Shown piece after piece: positions 9,750-19,474 of a stretch of DNA of 64,000 nt. Origin of the DNA: Candidatus Poriferisodalis sp. Lineage in GTDB: Bacteria; Actinomycetota; Acidimicrobiia; Acidimicrobiales; Poriferisodalaceae. Each line of letters starts with the position of its first letter. Positions within the stretch are counted from its first letter, which is position 1. Under the pieces are notes generated by a model. It was given only the letters and a program-made list of their open reading frames with translations, searched no databases and was not told where the DNA came from. Position numbers and translations under genes: made by a program. Location: positions 1,401,184-1,465,183 of the forward strand of contig NZ_OZ241975.1 in the NCBI RefSeq assembly GCF_965204195.1, in the 5' to 3' direction.

Positions 9750-10897
9750 GCCGGCAACCCCTCGAGACCCTTTGAGGCGACAGAGCGCAGGATCTCGATG
9801 GTGCCGCCCCGGATTGTGTTGCCCGGGAACGTCACCACACACTGCGCCAGCAGCCGCTCGAACAGCGATTCGGATTCCGGCGAGTACTCCTCGTCGATGA
9901 GCTGCACCAGCTTCTCCACGACCTCTTGCTCGTAGCGAGTCCCCATTTCCTTCACCAGCGCCGACTCCACCGACGGCGCCTCGCCCTCGTCGATCAGCCG
10001 CGCCACCGACAGCGACAGGTTCCGGATGCCCCACCAGCGAGCTGCCAGCTCGCCGAACAGGTCAGACACGGCATCTTCCATCGGCGTGCCGGCGGCCTCG
10101 CGCAACAGCTGCTCCACCGTCGAGAAGGGCGACAGCCAGCGGTCGGGGCCGCCCCGTTCGTAGGCCATCTCGGTGGTATTCTGGTGCCAGCCCATCCCCG
10201 GCTGGCCCACCACGTTGATGTCGGGCACGAACACGTCGTGGAACGTCACCTCGTTGAAGTGGTGGCTGCCGTCCAGAAACGGGATCGGGCTGATTTCGAG
10301 ACCCGGCGAACGCAGATCGATGAGGAACTGCGACAGGCCAGCGTGCTTGTTGCCGTCTTCCATCGGCGCCGTGCGCAGCAGGCAGATGAACCAGTCGTTC
10401 ATGTGCGCGTTCGACGTCCAGATCTTGGTGCCGTTCACGACCCACCCGTCATCGCATCGCTCGGCCCGGGTCGACACCGAGGCCAGATCCGAGCCGCTGT
10501 CGGGCTCGCTCATGCCGATCGAGAAGCCCAGCTCGCCCCGGCAGATCGGCGGCAGGAACCGCTCCCGCTGCTCGTCGGTGCCGAACTTGAGGATCACGTT
10601 GCCGGTCTGGCGGTCGGCAACCCAGTGGTGCCCTACCGGTGCACCCCAGCGCAGCATCTCCTCCACCACGATGAAGCGCTGCACGGCGGTCCGGTCCGAG
10701 CCGCCCCAACGTGACGGCAGCGCCATGCCCACCCAGCCACGGGCGGCCATTTTGGCCGAGAACTCCCGGTCGTGGTCGGCGGCCATGCCCAGGCACGGCT
10801 CGTGGGTGCCGGGCGGCAGCTCCCTTGCCAGGAACTCGCGAACCTCGGTCTGGAGGTCAAGCTCGGGACCGGTCAGTTCGGTGGGCGTGAATCTCAT
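9746..10897 (-). CDS. Acyl-CoA dehydrogenase
   Basis: From ATG 10897 (MRFTPTEL...) preceded by GGAGG. Typical ACAD motifs (GSDLAS, KIWTSNAH, GGTIEILR). Confidence 0.9.
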   Translation of the reverse strand: MRFTPTELTGPELDLQTEVREFLARELPPGTHEPCLGMAADHDREFSAKMAARGWVGMALPSRWGGSDRTAVQRFIVVEEMLRWGAPVGHHWVADRQTGNVILKFGTDEQRERFLPPICRGELGFSIGMSEPDSGSDLASVSTRAERCDDGWVVNGTKIWTSNAHMNDWFICLLRTAPMEDGNKHAGLSQFLIDLRSPGLEISPIPFLDGSHHFNEVTFHDVFVPDINVVGQPGMGWHQNTTEMAYERGGPDRWLSPFSTVEQLLREAAGTPMEDAVSDLFGELAARWWGIRNLSLSVARLIDEGEAPSVESALVKEMGTRYEQEVVEKLVQLIDEEYSPESESLFERLLAQCVVTFPGNTIRGGTIEILRSVASKGLEGLPA

Positions 10898-10925
10898 CGG
10901 CAGGCCTCCGCAGGAGTTCGCGTGA

Positions 10926-12551
10926 TTAAGCCAGGGCGAAGCCGCGGTAGTTGTCGGACGCCACGTCCTCGCACACCTCGACATAGGGCGGGAAGCCCGG
11001 CAGCGGCATGAACACCCGGGTTTTGCCGGGAATGTTCGCCCCGAGGTACCACGAGTTGCATGTGGGATACAGCGTCAGGTCGGCCACGGCATTGACGTAG
11101 TCGACCCAGTAGGCCTCGGCATCGGCTTCGGGCTCGATGGTGGCGGTGCCGCGCTCGCGAAGTTCGACCAAGCATCGCGAGATCCAATCGACGTGCTGCT
11201 CGATGGACGGGATCATGTTGGTCAGCACCGACGGGCTGCCGGGCCCAGACACGGTGAACATGTTCGGGAAGCCCGCTACACCCAAGCCGAGGTAAGTGCG
11301 CGGGCCGGCGTCCCAGTGATCGGCCAGCCGCACGCCGCCGCGACCGGTGATGTTCATGCGCAGCAGCGTTCCGGTCATCGCATCGAAGCCGGTGGCGTAC
11401 ACGATCGCATCGACCGGGTACTCCCGGCCGTCGACCACCACCCCAGCTGCCGAGATGCGCTCGATCGGCGTCTCGGACACGTCCACTAGCTGCACGTGCG
11501 GCTGGTTGAACGTCTCGTAGTAGTTGGTGTCGAGACACGGGCGCTTGCAGGCGATCGTGTTGTGCGGGGTGAGCTTGGCCGCAGTCTCTGGATCGTCGAC
11601 AACCTCGGCAATTTTGCCGCGCACGAACTCTGCTACCCGGTCGTTCGACTCGGCGTCCAAGGCGATATCGCCGTAGGCCCGGTAGAAGGTGAAGCCGCCC
11701 ACATCCCACCGTTGCTGCATGCGCTCGTGGAACTCCTCCGCGTCCGCTTCCTTTGCGAGGTCTTCACCGTCTGGCAGCCGCTGCACCATTGCGGCGTTCT
11801 GTTCGAGCATCTTGGCCCGCAAGTCGCGATAGTTGGACTTCCAGCGAGCCTGCTCGCCAGGGTCGAGCGGCTCGTTGCGCGCCGGAACCGAGTAGTTCGG
11901 CGTGCGCTGGAACACTGTCAGCTCCCGGCACTCCGCGGCGATGACCGGGATGGCCTGCACGGCCGACGAGCCGGTGCCGATGACGCCGACCGACAGGCCG
12001 CTGAAGTCGACGCCTTCGTGCGGCCAATTGCCGGTGTGGTACGTGGGCCCGGCGAAAGTATCTGCGCCGTCGAAGTTGGGCATGTTCGTGGTCGACAGGC
12101 AGCCGGTGGCCATCACCACGAAGCGGGCCCGGTAGAGGCCTCGATCGGTCTGCAGCCGCCAATGGCGGGCATCGTCGTCCCAGTCGACGCGCTCGACGGT
12201 GGTCTCGAAGCGGATGTCACGCCGCAGGTCGTAGCGGTCGGCGACGTGGTTTGCGTAGCGCAGGATCTCGGGCTGGCCGGAGTATCGCTCGGACCATTCC
12301 CATTCCTGTTCGAGCTCGGGATCGAACGAGTAGGAGTACTGCATCGACTCGACATCGCATCGGGCGCCCGGGTAGCGGTTCCAGTACCAGGTGCCGCCCA
12401 CGCCGTCGGCTCGCTCGACCACCACCACGTCGAAGCCGAGCCCGCGCAGCTTGTGCAGCGAGTACATCCCGGCGAAGCCGGCACCCACGACGACGACGTC
12501 ATGGACCTTCGGCACGTTGCCGTTCGAACTGACCCCGTCGGTGCTGCTCAT
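10926..12551 (-). CDS. Baeyer-Villiger (flavin-containing) monooxygenase, cyclohexanone-monooxygenase-like
   Basis: From ATG 12551. GAGFAG FAD motif, BVMO fingerprint FAGPTYHTGNWP, second GTGSSA dinucleotide motif. Confidence 0.9.
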   Translation of the reverse strand: MSSTDGVSSNGNVPKVHDVVVVGAGFAGMYSLHKLRGLGFDVVVVERADGVGGTWYWNRYPGARCDVESMQYSYSFDPELEQEWEWSERYSGQPEILRYANHVADRYDLRRDIRFETTVERVDWDDDARHWRLQTDRGLYRARFVVMATGCLSTTNMPNFDGADTFAGPTYHTGNWPHEGVDFSGLSVGVIGTGSSAVQAIPVIAAECRELTVFQRTPNYSVPARNEPLDPGEQARWKSNYRDLRAKMLEQNAAMVQRLPDGEDLAKEADAEEFHERMQQRWDVGGFTFYRAYGDIALDAESNDRVAEFVRGKIAEVVDDPETAAKLTPHNTIACKRPCLDTNYYETFNQPHVQLVDVSETPIERISAAGVVVDGREYPVDAIVYATGFDAMTGTLLRMNITGRGGVRLADHWDAGPRTYLGLGVAGFPNMFTVSGPGSPSVLTNMIPSIEQHVDWISRCLVELRERGTATIEPEADAEAYWVDYVNAVADLTLYPTCNSWYLGANIPGKTRVFMPLPGFPPYVEVCEDVASDNYRGFALA

Positions 12552-12599
12552 CGCCGCAGAGACTACTGATGCCGGTCCAGCGCAGTCTGAGGTGCGGCG

Positions 12600-14141
12600 A
12601 TGTGCCACGCTCCGGGGATGGCCGAGCCGTGCGAACTCACCGCGACAGGGGCACGACAGCTGATGGCGGCCGGCGAGCTGTCGGCGATGGAACTGCTGGG
12701 GTCGTGCCTGCTGCGGGCCGATGCGACCGACGGTGCCGTGAACGCGCTCGTCGTTCGCGACGACGACAGCGCGATGTCGACGGCTCAAGCCATCGATGAT
12801 GCCCGAGCCCGGGGCGAGCCTCTGGGTCCGCTGGCGGGCCTGCCGGTGGCGATCAAGGACATCCAGGCCACGGCCGGGCTCACCACTACCTACGGCGCCG
12901 TGCCATTCGCAAGCAACGTGCCAACTGCCGACGACGGCATCGTGGCCCGAGTCAGAGCGGCAGATGCGGTCATCATCGGCAAGACCAACACGCCCGAGCT
13001 GAGCATCGGCGCCAACACCGTCAACCGGCTCTTCGGCGCCACCGGCAACCCGTTCGATCCGTCGCTGACGTGCGGCGGCAGCTCCGGGGGCTCAGCGGTG
13101 GCGCTGTCCTGCGGGATGGCGCCGCTGGCCACCGGGTCCGACCACGGCGGCAGCCTGCGCATCCCGGCCTCGTACTGCGGTGTGGTCGCGCACCGTTCCA
13201 CGCCTGGGACCGTGGCTCACGACGAGCGCACGATCGGTCGCACCAACTACAGCGTGTCGGGACCGATGGCCCGCACAGTCGCCGACGCGGCACTGCTGCT
13301 GTCAGTGGTGGCGGGCCGTGATCGCGATGCCCGGCGCGATCCCATGGCGTTCCCGCTCGATGCCGCTGCGTTCGCCGAACTCCCGGCGGCCGATGCGGCC
13401 TCGCTGCGGGTCGGCGTGAGCGCCGACCTCGGCGGGCTGCTGGTCTCCGAGGTCGTACGGACTGTGTTTGCTGACCGCGTCGAACGGCTCGCCGCGGTCG
13501 TGGGCTCAATCGACGAGGCCGACATCGATCTCAGCGATGCGCTGGACGTGGACTGGCAACTCCGGTCGGACATCTTCGCCACCAACTACCACCGCAGCAT
13601 CCACAAGTTCGACCCCGACACCGCCGGGCCCGACGGGGGGTTCAACCCGAACATCCGCGCCACCTACGACGAGGCGCTGAGCACCACCGTGCTCGACATC
13701 GCCAAGGCCCGGCGGCGCCAGGTGGAGCTGTTCCGCGCCACCGACGCACTGTTCGACACCTACGACGTGCTGATCTGCCCGGGGGTGAGCGTGCCGCCCT
13801 TCGACTGGCACGAGCTGTACCCCGCCGAGATCGACGGTCAGCCCGTGCGCAACTACATGGCTTGGCTCGGGCTGTCGGCCGCGCTCACGGTCGTGGGCCA
13901 CCCCACCACCGCGCTGCCGTGCGGCCTCGACGGCCAGGGCACGCCCTTCGGCCTGCAGCTCGTCGGGCCGAGCTACAGCGACCGGCGGCTGCTGGGCATC
14001 GCCGCGGCACTCGAAGCAGCCTTCGCCGACGACCCGGTCACGGCCCGCCCCGTGCCGGATGTAGAGCTGCTCAGCACGCTCGAGACCGCCTGTCGCACCG
14101 AAGGCAGGTTGGTTCACGCCTCCGCGCCGCCCCAATCGTGA
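12600..14141 (+). CDS. Amidase (amidase-signature family)
   Basis: GGSSGGSAVA signature and the conserved Ser-cisSer-Lys region. Start ATG 12600 (GAGGTG upstream) or 12618. Confidence 0.9.
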   Translation: MCHAPGMAEPCELTATGARQLMAAGELSAMELLGSCLLRADATDGAVNALVVRDDDSAMSTAQAIDDARARGEPLGPLAGLPVAIKDIQATAGLTTTYGAVPFASNVPTADDGIVARVRAADAVIIGKTNTPELSIGANTVNRLFGATGNPFDPSLTCGGSSGGSAVALSCGMAPLATGSDHGGSLRIPASYCGVVAHRSTPGTVAHDERTIGRTNYSVSGPMARTVADAALLLSVVAGRDRDARRDPMAFPLDAAAFAELPAADAASLRVGVSADLGGLLVSEVVRTVFADRVERLAAVVGSIDEADIDLSDALDVDWQLRSDIFATNYHRSIHKFDPDTAGPDGGFNPNIRATYDEALSTTVLDIAKARRRQVELFRATDALFDTYDVLICPGVSVPPFDWHELYPAEIDGQPVRNYMAWLGLSAALTVVGHPTTALPCGLDGQGTPFGLQLVGPSYSDRRLLGIAAALEAAFADDPVTARPVPDVELLSTLETACRTEGRLVHASAPPQS

Positions 14142-14161
14142 GCCGTTGGCTGCGAAGCCGG

Positions 14162-16654
14162 TTACTGCTGTAGCGGGCGGCCGGTGGCGGTGACGCGCAG
14201 CGTTGCTTCCACGAAGAGCTCGCGGCCGTTGCTCGGCGCAGTGCGTGTTTGGAAGTCGACGGTGATGGCGGCGTCGCTGGCACCCGCAGCGTCGGCTTCG
14301 GCGCGGACGGCCTCGGTTGCCTGCGCTGTCGCCCACTCGCGGGCTTCGTCGAGGCTGTGCCAGATCGGCGGGTCGTCGCCCCAGTGGGCCCGGTAGCTGC
14401 CGCGGCGCGGCGCTGTCACCGTGATCTGCTTGGTGATCCTGACCCCGGCGACCGCGGCGCCGACGGCGTTCGCCACCTCGGCGTGGTCCGGAACGATCGC
14501 CGCAGTGCCGAGCAGTGCAGCGACGAGCGGGGCGTACGTGGGGGCCGGGGCGCCGATGGCAACGATGGGAACCCCGACGCCGGCATCGACCCGAGCGAGC
14601 GGAGCGCGATCGGCCCGGGTTTCGGCGGCATCGGTCGCGAGCGGGACACTGGCCGACTCGCTGGAATCGAGCAAGCCCCACAGCGGGTTTGCGGGGCGCT
14701 CGTCAGTGGCGTCGCTGGGCACATCAGCGACGGTTCTCTCCAGCTCCCGATGCCTGCGGTCAAGGGCGGTCTGTGCGAGCTGCCGCCGGGTTTCGCCAGG
14801 GGCTATCCCATCTGCACCGAGCGCGACGCTGAGCAATGCTTCGGTAGCGCTGCGCAGCGCGACGTTTATGACCCGTCGGCAGAGATCGACCGCGCCGGTG
14901 CCGACGTCAACGCCATAGCGATCGCGCTGTCGGCTGAACAGCTCGGCACCGGTCCGGGCGGCTGCCGCATCCCACGGTGCGCTCTGCTCTTGTTTCCCAT
15001 GCCTAAGGGAGTCGGGCTCACGGGCCGCTCGGGCCCCGGCCCCGGCATCGATCAAGCCGAGCACAACGCAGGCGTCGGTCGGTGTCAGTGCGCCGCGCCG
15101 CACGCGGCCACTGCGTTCGAGTCGCTCGAGGGCGCCGCGCCAGCGAGCCGATCGCTTGAGGTCCTCCAGCGGAAGTGCACCGCCGGCGCCGTCGACGAGT
15201 CGCATGATCTCGCTGTCGAGGCTGTTCTGGCCTGCGCGGCCGCTGAGGTGCCCGGTGAATACCCCGGTTGCCTCCAGCAGCACCTGCCCGAACTCGGCAA
15301 GTGGCCGCTCGGCTTCGAGCTGGCGTCGCAGCATCGGCAGGACCACGTCGGGATGTTGCAGGGCCGCGACGCACAGCGGCACCACCCTGCGCGGCCCGAC
15401 GGCGAGTTCGCCTCGACTTCCGTCAACCGGGACGCGGATCTCGCTGTCGCCGCCCAGACCCACGGTCACGGTCGGCAGGGCAGTGACCATCGTGGCGTGA
15501 CCGCCCACCGTGGCCGTGTCGGCATCTTCGTTGCCGTCAGCAGCGACGACTGCGCCGTTGCGAATCGCCGCAATGTCCGTGGTCGTGCCGCCGATGTCGA
15601 CCACCAAGAGATCGGCGTCGAGCATCTCCTGATCCGCAGCCGTAGATCTTGCGAGGTGGCGGGCGCCGAGGACGCTGGCCGCGGGACCCGACAACACGGT
15701 CTCGATGGGGCGCTGAGTCATAAAATCCGCCGAGACCAGCGAGCCGTCTCCCCTCACCACCATGAGACGGGCGTCGAGCTGGAGGGATTCCATTGCTGTT
15801 CGGATCGCCTCGGTGAAGCGGGCGGTCACCGAGATGAGCTGTGCGTTGAGCAGCGTTGTCACCGCCCGGCGAGGACCGCCGAGTCGAGGAGACAGCTCGT
15901 GGCTGCAGGTCACGGGCTTGCCGGTGCGTTCGCGGACGGCATCTCGTGCCTGCAGTTCGTGGGCAGCATTGCGAACGCTGAACTGAGCCGCAACGGCGTA
16001 CGCCTCGACTGAGGCATCGACGCGGTCGAGCGCGCGCTCCAGCTCGTCGACGTCGAGCGGGCCTCGCTCGTCGCCGTGGGCGCCGTGGCCACCGCCGACG
16101 ACCACGACCGGCGCCGACGCGAGACTGCCGGTCAGCCGATCACGCCCATTGCCGGCGGGGGGCATGCCGGCTCGCTCACTCGTCACCTCGCCAGCGCCGG
16201 CACGCAGCCCGACGCGGGCCAGGGTCTCGGGTTCGAAGCCGATGGCCACGAGCGCAGCAGGACGCCCAGCGCCCTCGACGAGCGCGTTGGTTGCCAGCGT
16301 CGTGGAGACCGCCACGAGCCCGACGTCGGCCGCGCCGATCGCGTCGGCCGAAGCGCCGCGACCGCCGTTCAGCACACTCGTCATCGCCTCCACCACGCAG
16401 CCGTAGAGATCTTCGTGCCGTGTCGGCGTCTTGGCGGCCGCGATGACCCGGTCGGTGCCGTGGTCGTACACGACGGCGTCGGTGAACGTGCCGCCGGTGT
16501 CAATGCCTAGACAGAAGCGGCCTGACGCCGGCCGGAACGGTGTCGTCACCGCTGAAAGTGTGCCAGCGGGAGCCGCGTGGGCGCGTAGATCTGCCGGTCG
16601 AGTGGACTCGAACGCTCGCGTCGGTGAGACTGCGGGCACGGCGACCGGCCGCAC
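14162..16654 (-). CDS. Hydantoinase/oxoprolinase-family protein with a long C-terminal extension
   Basis: GIDTGGTFTDAV and DIGGTTTDIA motifs of HyuA-type ATPases in the N-terminal ~480 aa. About 350 further residues have no motif I recognise. Start uncertain (GTG 16654, 16639 or ~16546). Confidence 0.75.
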   Translation of the reverse strand: MRPVAVPAVSPTRAFESTRPADLRAHAAPAGTLSAVTTPFRPASGRFCLGIDTGGTFTDAVVYDHGTDRVIAAAKTPTRHEDLYGCVVEAMTSVLNGGRGASADAIGAADVGLVAVSTTLATNALVEGAGRPAALVAIGFEPETLARVGLRAGAGEVTSERAGMPPAGNGRDRLTGSLASAPVVVVGGGHGAHGDERGPLDVDELERALDRVDASVEAYAVAAQFSVRNAAHELQARDAVRERTGKPVTCSHELSPRLGGPRRAVTTLLNAQLISVTARFTEAIRTAMESLQLDARLMVVRGDGSLVSADFMTQRPIETVLSGPAASVLGARHLARSTAADQEMLDADLLVVDIGGTTTDIAAIRNGAVVAADGNEDADTATVGGHATMVTALPTVTVGLGGDSEIRVPVDGSRGELAVGPRRVVPLCVAALQHPDVVLPMLRRQLEAERPLAEFGQVLLEATGVFTGHLSGRAGQNSLDSEIMRLVDGAGGALPLEDLKRSARWRGALERLERSGRVRRGALTPTDACVVLGLIDAGAGARAAREPDSLRHGKQEQSAPWDAAAARTGAELFSRQRDRYGVDVGTGAVDLCRRVINVALRSATEALLSVALGADGIAPGETRRQLAQTALDRRHRELERTVADVPSDATDERPANPLWGLLDSSESASVPLATDAAETRADRAPLARVDAGVGVPIVAIGAPAPTYAPLVAALLGTAAIVPDHAEVANAVGAAVAGVRITKQITVTAPRRGSYRAHWGDDPPIWHSLDEAREWATAQATEAVRAEADAAGASDAAITVDFQTRTAPSNGRELFVEATLRVTATGRPLQQ

Positions 16655-16713
16655 CGCTTCGGGCAGTGCGACGGCCGACCGGCCAGGGAATGCAGCGCCA
16701 CTAGGAGGAACCG

Positions 16714-17166
16714 ATGGGCGTCAAGTCAGTGAACGAGATGGTCGCCGAGGCCAAGACCCGTATCGACAACATCTCGCCGGCGGAGGCTCACCGTCGTGCC
16801 ACCGAAGAGGGCGCGCTGATCGTGGACATTCGAGATGTGCGCGAGCTGCAGCGAGACGGCGCCATCCCGGGCTCGATGCATACACCGCGGGGGATGCTCG
16901 AGTTCTGGGTCTCACCCGACTCGCCCTATACGAAGCAGGAGTTCCTAGAGGACCGGGAGTTCATCCTGTGCTGCGCCGGCGGCGCCCGCTCGGCCCTGTC
17001 TGCCGACACCATGCAGGACATGGGCGTTCAGAGAGTCAGTCATGTCGAGACCGGCTTCGGCGGCTGGCGGGCAGACGGCATGCCGGTGACCGACTACGAC
17101 ACGTTCAGGTCACGGGCTGAGCACCGCACGCAGCCAAGCCTGCTGAGCAAGCAACCTCATGACTGA
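16714..17166 (+). CDS. Rhodanese-domain sulfurtransferase
   Basis: 150-aa ORF with active-site loop CCAGGARS and typical rhodanese flanks. Confidence 0.85.
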   Translation: MGVKSVNEMVAEAKTRIDNISPAEAHRRATEEGALIVDIRDVRELQRDGAIPGSMHTPRGMLEFWVSPDSPYTKQEFLEDREFILCCAGGARSALSADTMQDMGVQRVSHVETGFGGWRADGMPVTDYDTFRSRAEHRTQPSLLSKQPHD

Positions 17167-19453
17167 GTCAGCCGCGCCTGATACGCCCGCGTCCGACCGT
17201 TCCGATGCCGATCCGCCCAAGCAGGTCACCGGGTACTGCGAGCCGTGGACCCTGCGAGCAGGCGAGTCGATCCGGCTGATTGCGTCATCGCACCTGCCCG
17301 GCCCCTCCGAGATCGACATCACGCGGATCGTCTGCGGCGACCCGACTCGCTACGGACCCGGCTACGACGAACGCCCAGCTCCCGCAGCCGGCAGTTGGTC
17401 CGTGACCCTCGACGAGCAGCCGCTCACACCGGGCTCGTACGGAGTCGCCGCGTTGCACGGCGTGCAGGGTGCGCGTCGCCTCGGATTCCGAGTGTGGGTG
17501 ATGCCGACGTTGCCGGATCGGTCAGCGCGCATCGCGACCCTGTGCGCGCGCACCGCAGGCGCGTCGACGGACACAGCAGCGATCGAGGCCTTGTGTCTCG
17601 ATCTCTCCGGGGGATGCGCGGTCGCGTCGACGTCTGCGCTCGGCGACGATGTCCGGGTTGTCGTGGACGAGCTGCCGCTCACGCGCAACCGGTGGTACCT
17701 GCTCGATGCCGAACTGGATCTCGACGCGGGAACCCTGAGCGCAGCGGTGACGACCGCGGCCTCCGATTCTCCGGGGCGCGATGCGGTGGAGGGAAGCCGG
17801 CTCAGCGACCTGACGGTCTCGCAGTTAGCGGCCGAGCCGGCCGGGGCGCCATACGGCGATGCGCTCCGGCACGGCACCGGCGGCGCGGCGAGCGGGACGA
17901 CGCCGGCAGACGCGGCTGACCTCGCCCCGATCGAGCTGTGGCTTGCAGCAGGACCTGCGGCCGAACGGTTCGACGGACGGCTGGCGCGACCGACGCTGCG
18001 GAGCGGTGACGCCACCGTGTCGTGGGATCTTTCCGCCGACATGGCCGGATGCTCAGTGCCTGCTGATGACCCTGTCTGCGGGCCGATCGTTCTGCATCAA
18101 CTGCCGACGCGAGCGATCACGGGGCCTGCGTGGGACGGAGCGGCACACCGGTGGGCCGACAATCCGTCCCACTATGACGCCGTTCATTTCCATCACGACG
18201 ACATGTACGACGCTGGGTGGGAGACCACGGTCGAGGCGACGTTGCCCGATGATCTGCCGAGCGGGATCTACGCCTTCCGGGTGCGAAGCGAGGCGGGCGA
18301 GGACCGGGTGCCGTTCTTCGTGCGGCCAGCGCTCGGTGCGCGCACGGCTGATGTCGCGCTGCTGATGCCGACCGCCACCTATATGGCCTATGCCAATCAC
18401 CGGACGCTCATCGACGGCGCAGATTTCATGCCCACGCGCGCCAAGCTCCGGCCAGAGCATGCCTACGTTCGGGACCACCGAGAGATCGGCCTCAGCCATT
18501 ACGAGAAGCACCCTGATCGCAGCGGCGTCATGTTCAGCTCACGCCGCCGGCCCGTGCTGAACCTGCGCCCCGGCGCCGACGGCTGGAACTTCACGCCCGA
18601 CACCGACATCAACGCCTTCCTCGAGCACCTCGAAGTCGGCCATGACATCGTCACCGACGAGGATCTGCACTTCGAGGGCCTCGAGGCCATCGCGCCCTAC
18701 CGGGTGCTGGTGACCGGTAGCCACCCCGAGTACTGGTCCACCGCCATGCTGGACGCGCTGGCCGACTGGCAGCGCAAGGGCGGGCGGCTCATGTACCTGG
18801 GCGGCAACGGCTTCTACTGGAGGGTCGCGTTCAGCGATGACTGGCCGGGCGCTATGGAGCTGCGCCGGGCTGAAGACGGTGTGCGCAACTGGCAGACCGG
18901 GCCGGGGGAGAGCTACCACGCCTGGGGAGGCGAGTACGGCGGGATGTGGCGGCGCCAAGGGCGGGCGCCCAACGAGATCTGCGGCATCGGGTTTGCCGCG
19001 CAGGGGTTCGACAAGGCCACCTACTTCGTGCGCGATCCCGGCGTGGACGAGTCACGCGCCGCGTGGATCCTCGATGGGGTGCCCGACGAGCGCATCGGCA
19101 CTTCCGGGCTGGGCGGCGGCGCCGCCGGCCAGGAGCTGGACCGCTACGACGTGCGGCTGGGATCGCCGCTCCACGCCGTGCTGCTGGCCTCGGCGACAAC
19201 GTTCGGTCCCGACATGCTGCGCACCAAGGAAGAGTTCGAGAGCTCGGTGCACTTCCCGACGCCCGACCCCATGGTGCGTGCTGACATGGTGTTCTACGAG
19301 ACGCCCAACGGCGGGGCGGTGTTCTCGGTGGGCTCGATCTCGTGGTTCGGCGCGCTGGCCCGCGACGGCTACGACAACGACATCGCGCGCATCACGGCCA
19401 ACGTGGTGCGACGCTTCGCCGATCCTGAGCCCTTCCCGCCGCCAGCTGCGTAG
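17159..19453 (+). CDS. N,N-dimethylformamidase large (beta) subunit-like protein
   Basis: 764-aa ORF. The central/C-terminal region (PTATYMAYAN...GSHPEYWS...GGRLMYLGGNGFYW) resembles the DmfA2 family. ATG overlaps the rhodanese stop by 8 nt. Confidence 0.75.
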   Translation: MTESAAPDTPASDRSDADPPKQVTGYCEPWTLRAGESIRLIASSHLPGPSEIDITRIVCGDPTRYGPGYDERPAPAAGSWSVTLDEQPLTPGSYGVAALHGVQGARRLGFRVWVMPTLPDRSARIATLCARTAGASTDTAAIEALCLDLSGGCAVASTSALGDDVRVVVDELPLTRNRWYLLDAELDLDAGTLSAAVTTAASDSPGRDAVEGSRLSDLTVSQLAAEPAGAPYGDALRHGTGGAASGTTPADAADLAPIELWLAAGPAAERFDGRLARPTLRSGDATVSWDLSADMAGCSVPADDPVCGPIVLHQLPTRAITGPAWDGAAHRWADNPSHYDAVHFHHDDMYDAGWETTVEATLPDDLPSGIYAFRVRSEAGEDRVPFFVRPALGARTADVALLMPTATYMAYANHRTLIDGADFMPTRAKLRPEHAYVRDHREIGLSHYEKHPDRSGVMFSSRRRPVLNLRPGADGWNFTPDTDINAFLEHLEVGHDIVTDEDLHFEGLEAIAPYRVLVTGSHPEYWSTAMLDALADWQRKGGRLMYLGGNGFYWRVAFSDDWPGAMELRRAEDGVRNWQTGPGESYHAWGGEYGGMWRRQGRAPNEICGIGFAAQGFDKATYFVRDPGVDESRAAWILDGVPDERIGTSGLGGGAAGQELDRYDVRLGSPLHAVLLASATTFGPDMLRTKEEFESSVHFPTPDPMVRADMVFYETPNGGAVFSVGSISWFGALARDGYDNDIARITANVVRRFADPEPFPPPAA

Positions 19454-19474
19454 ACGGCTGCACGAGGCGGGCGG

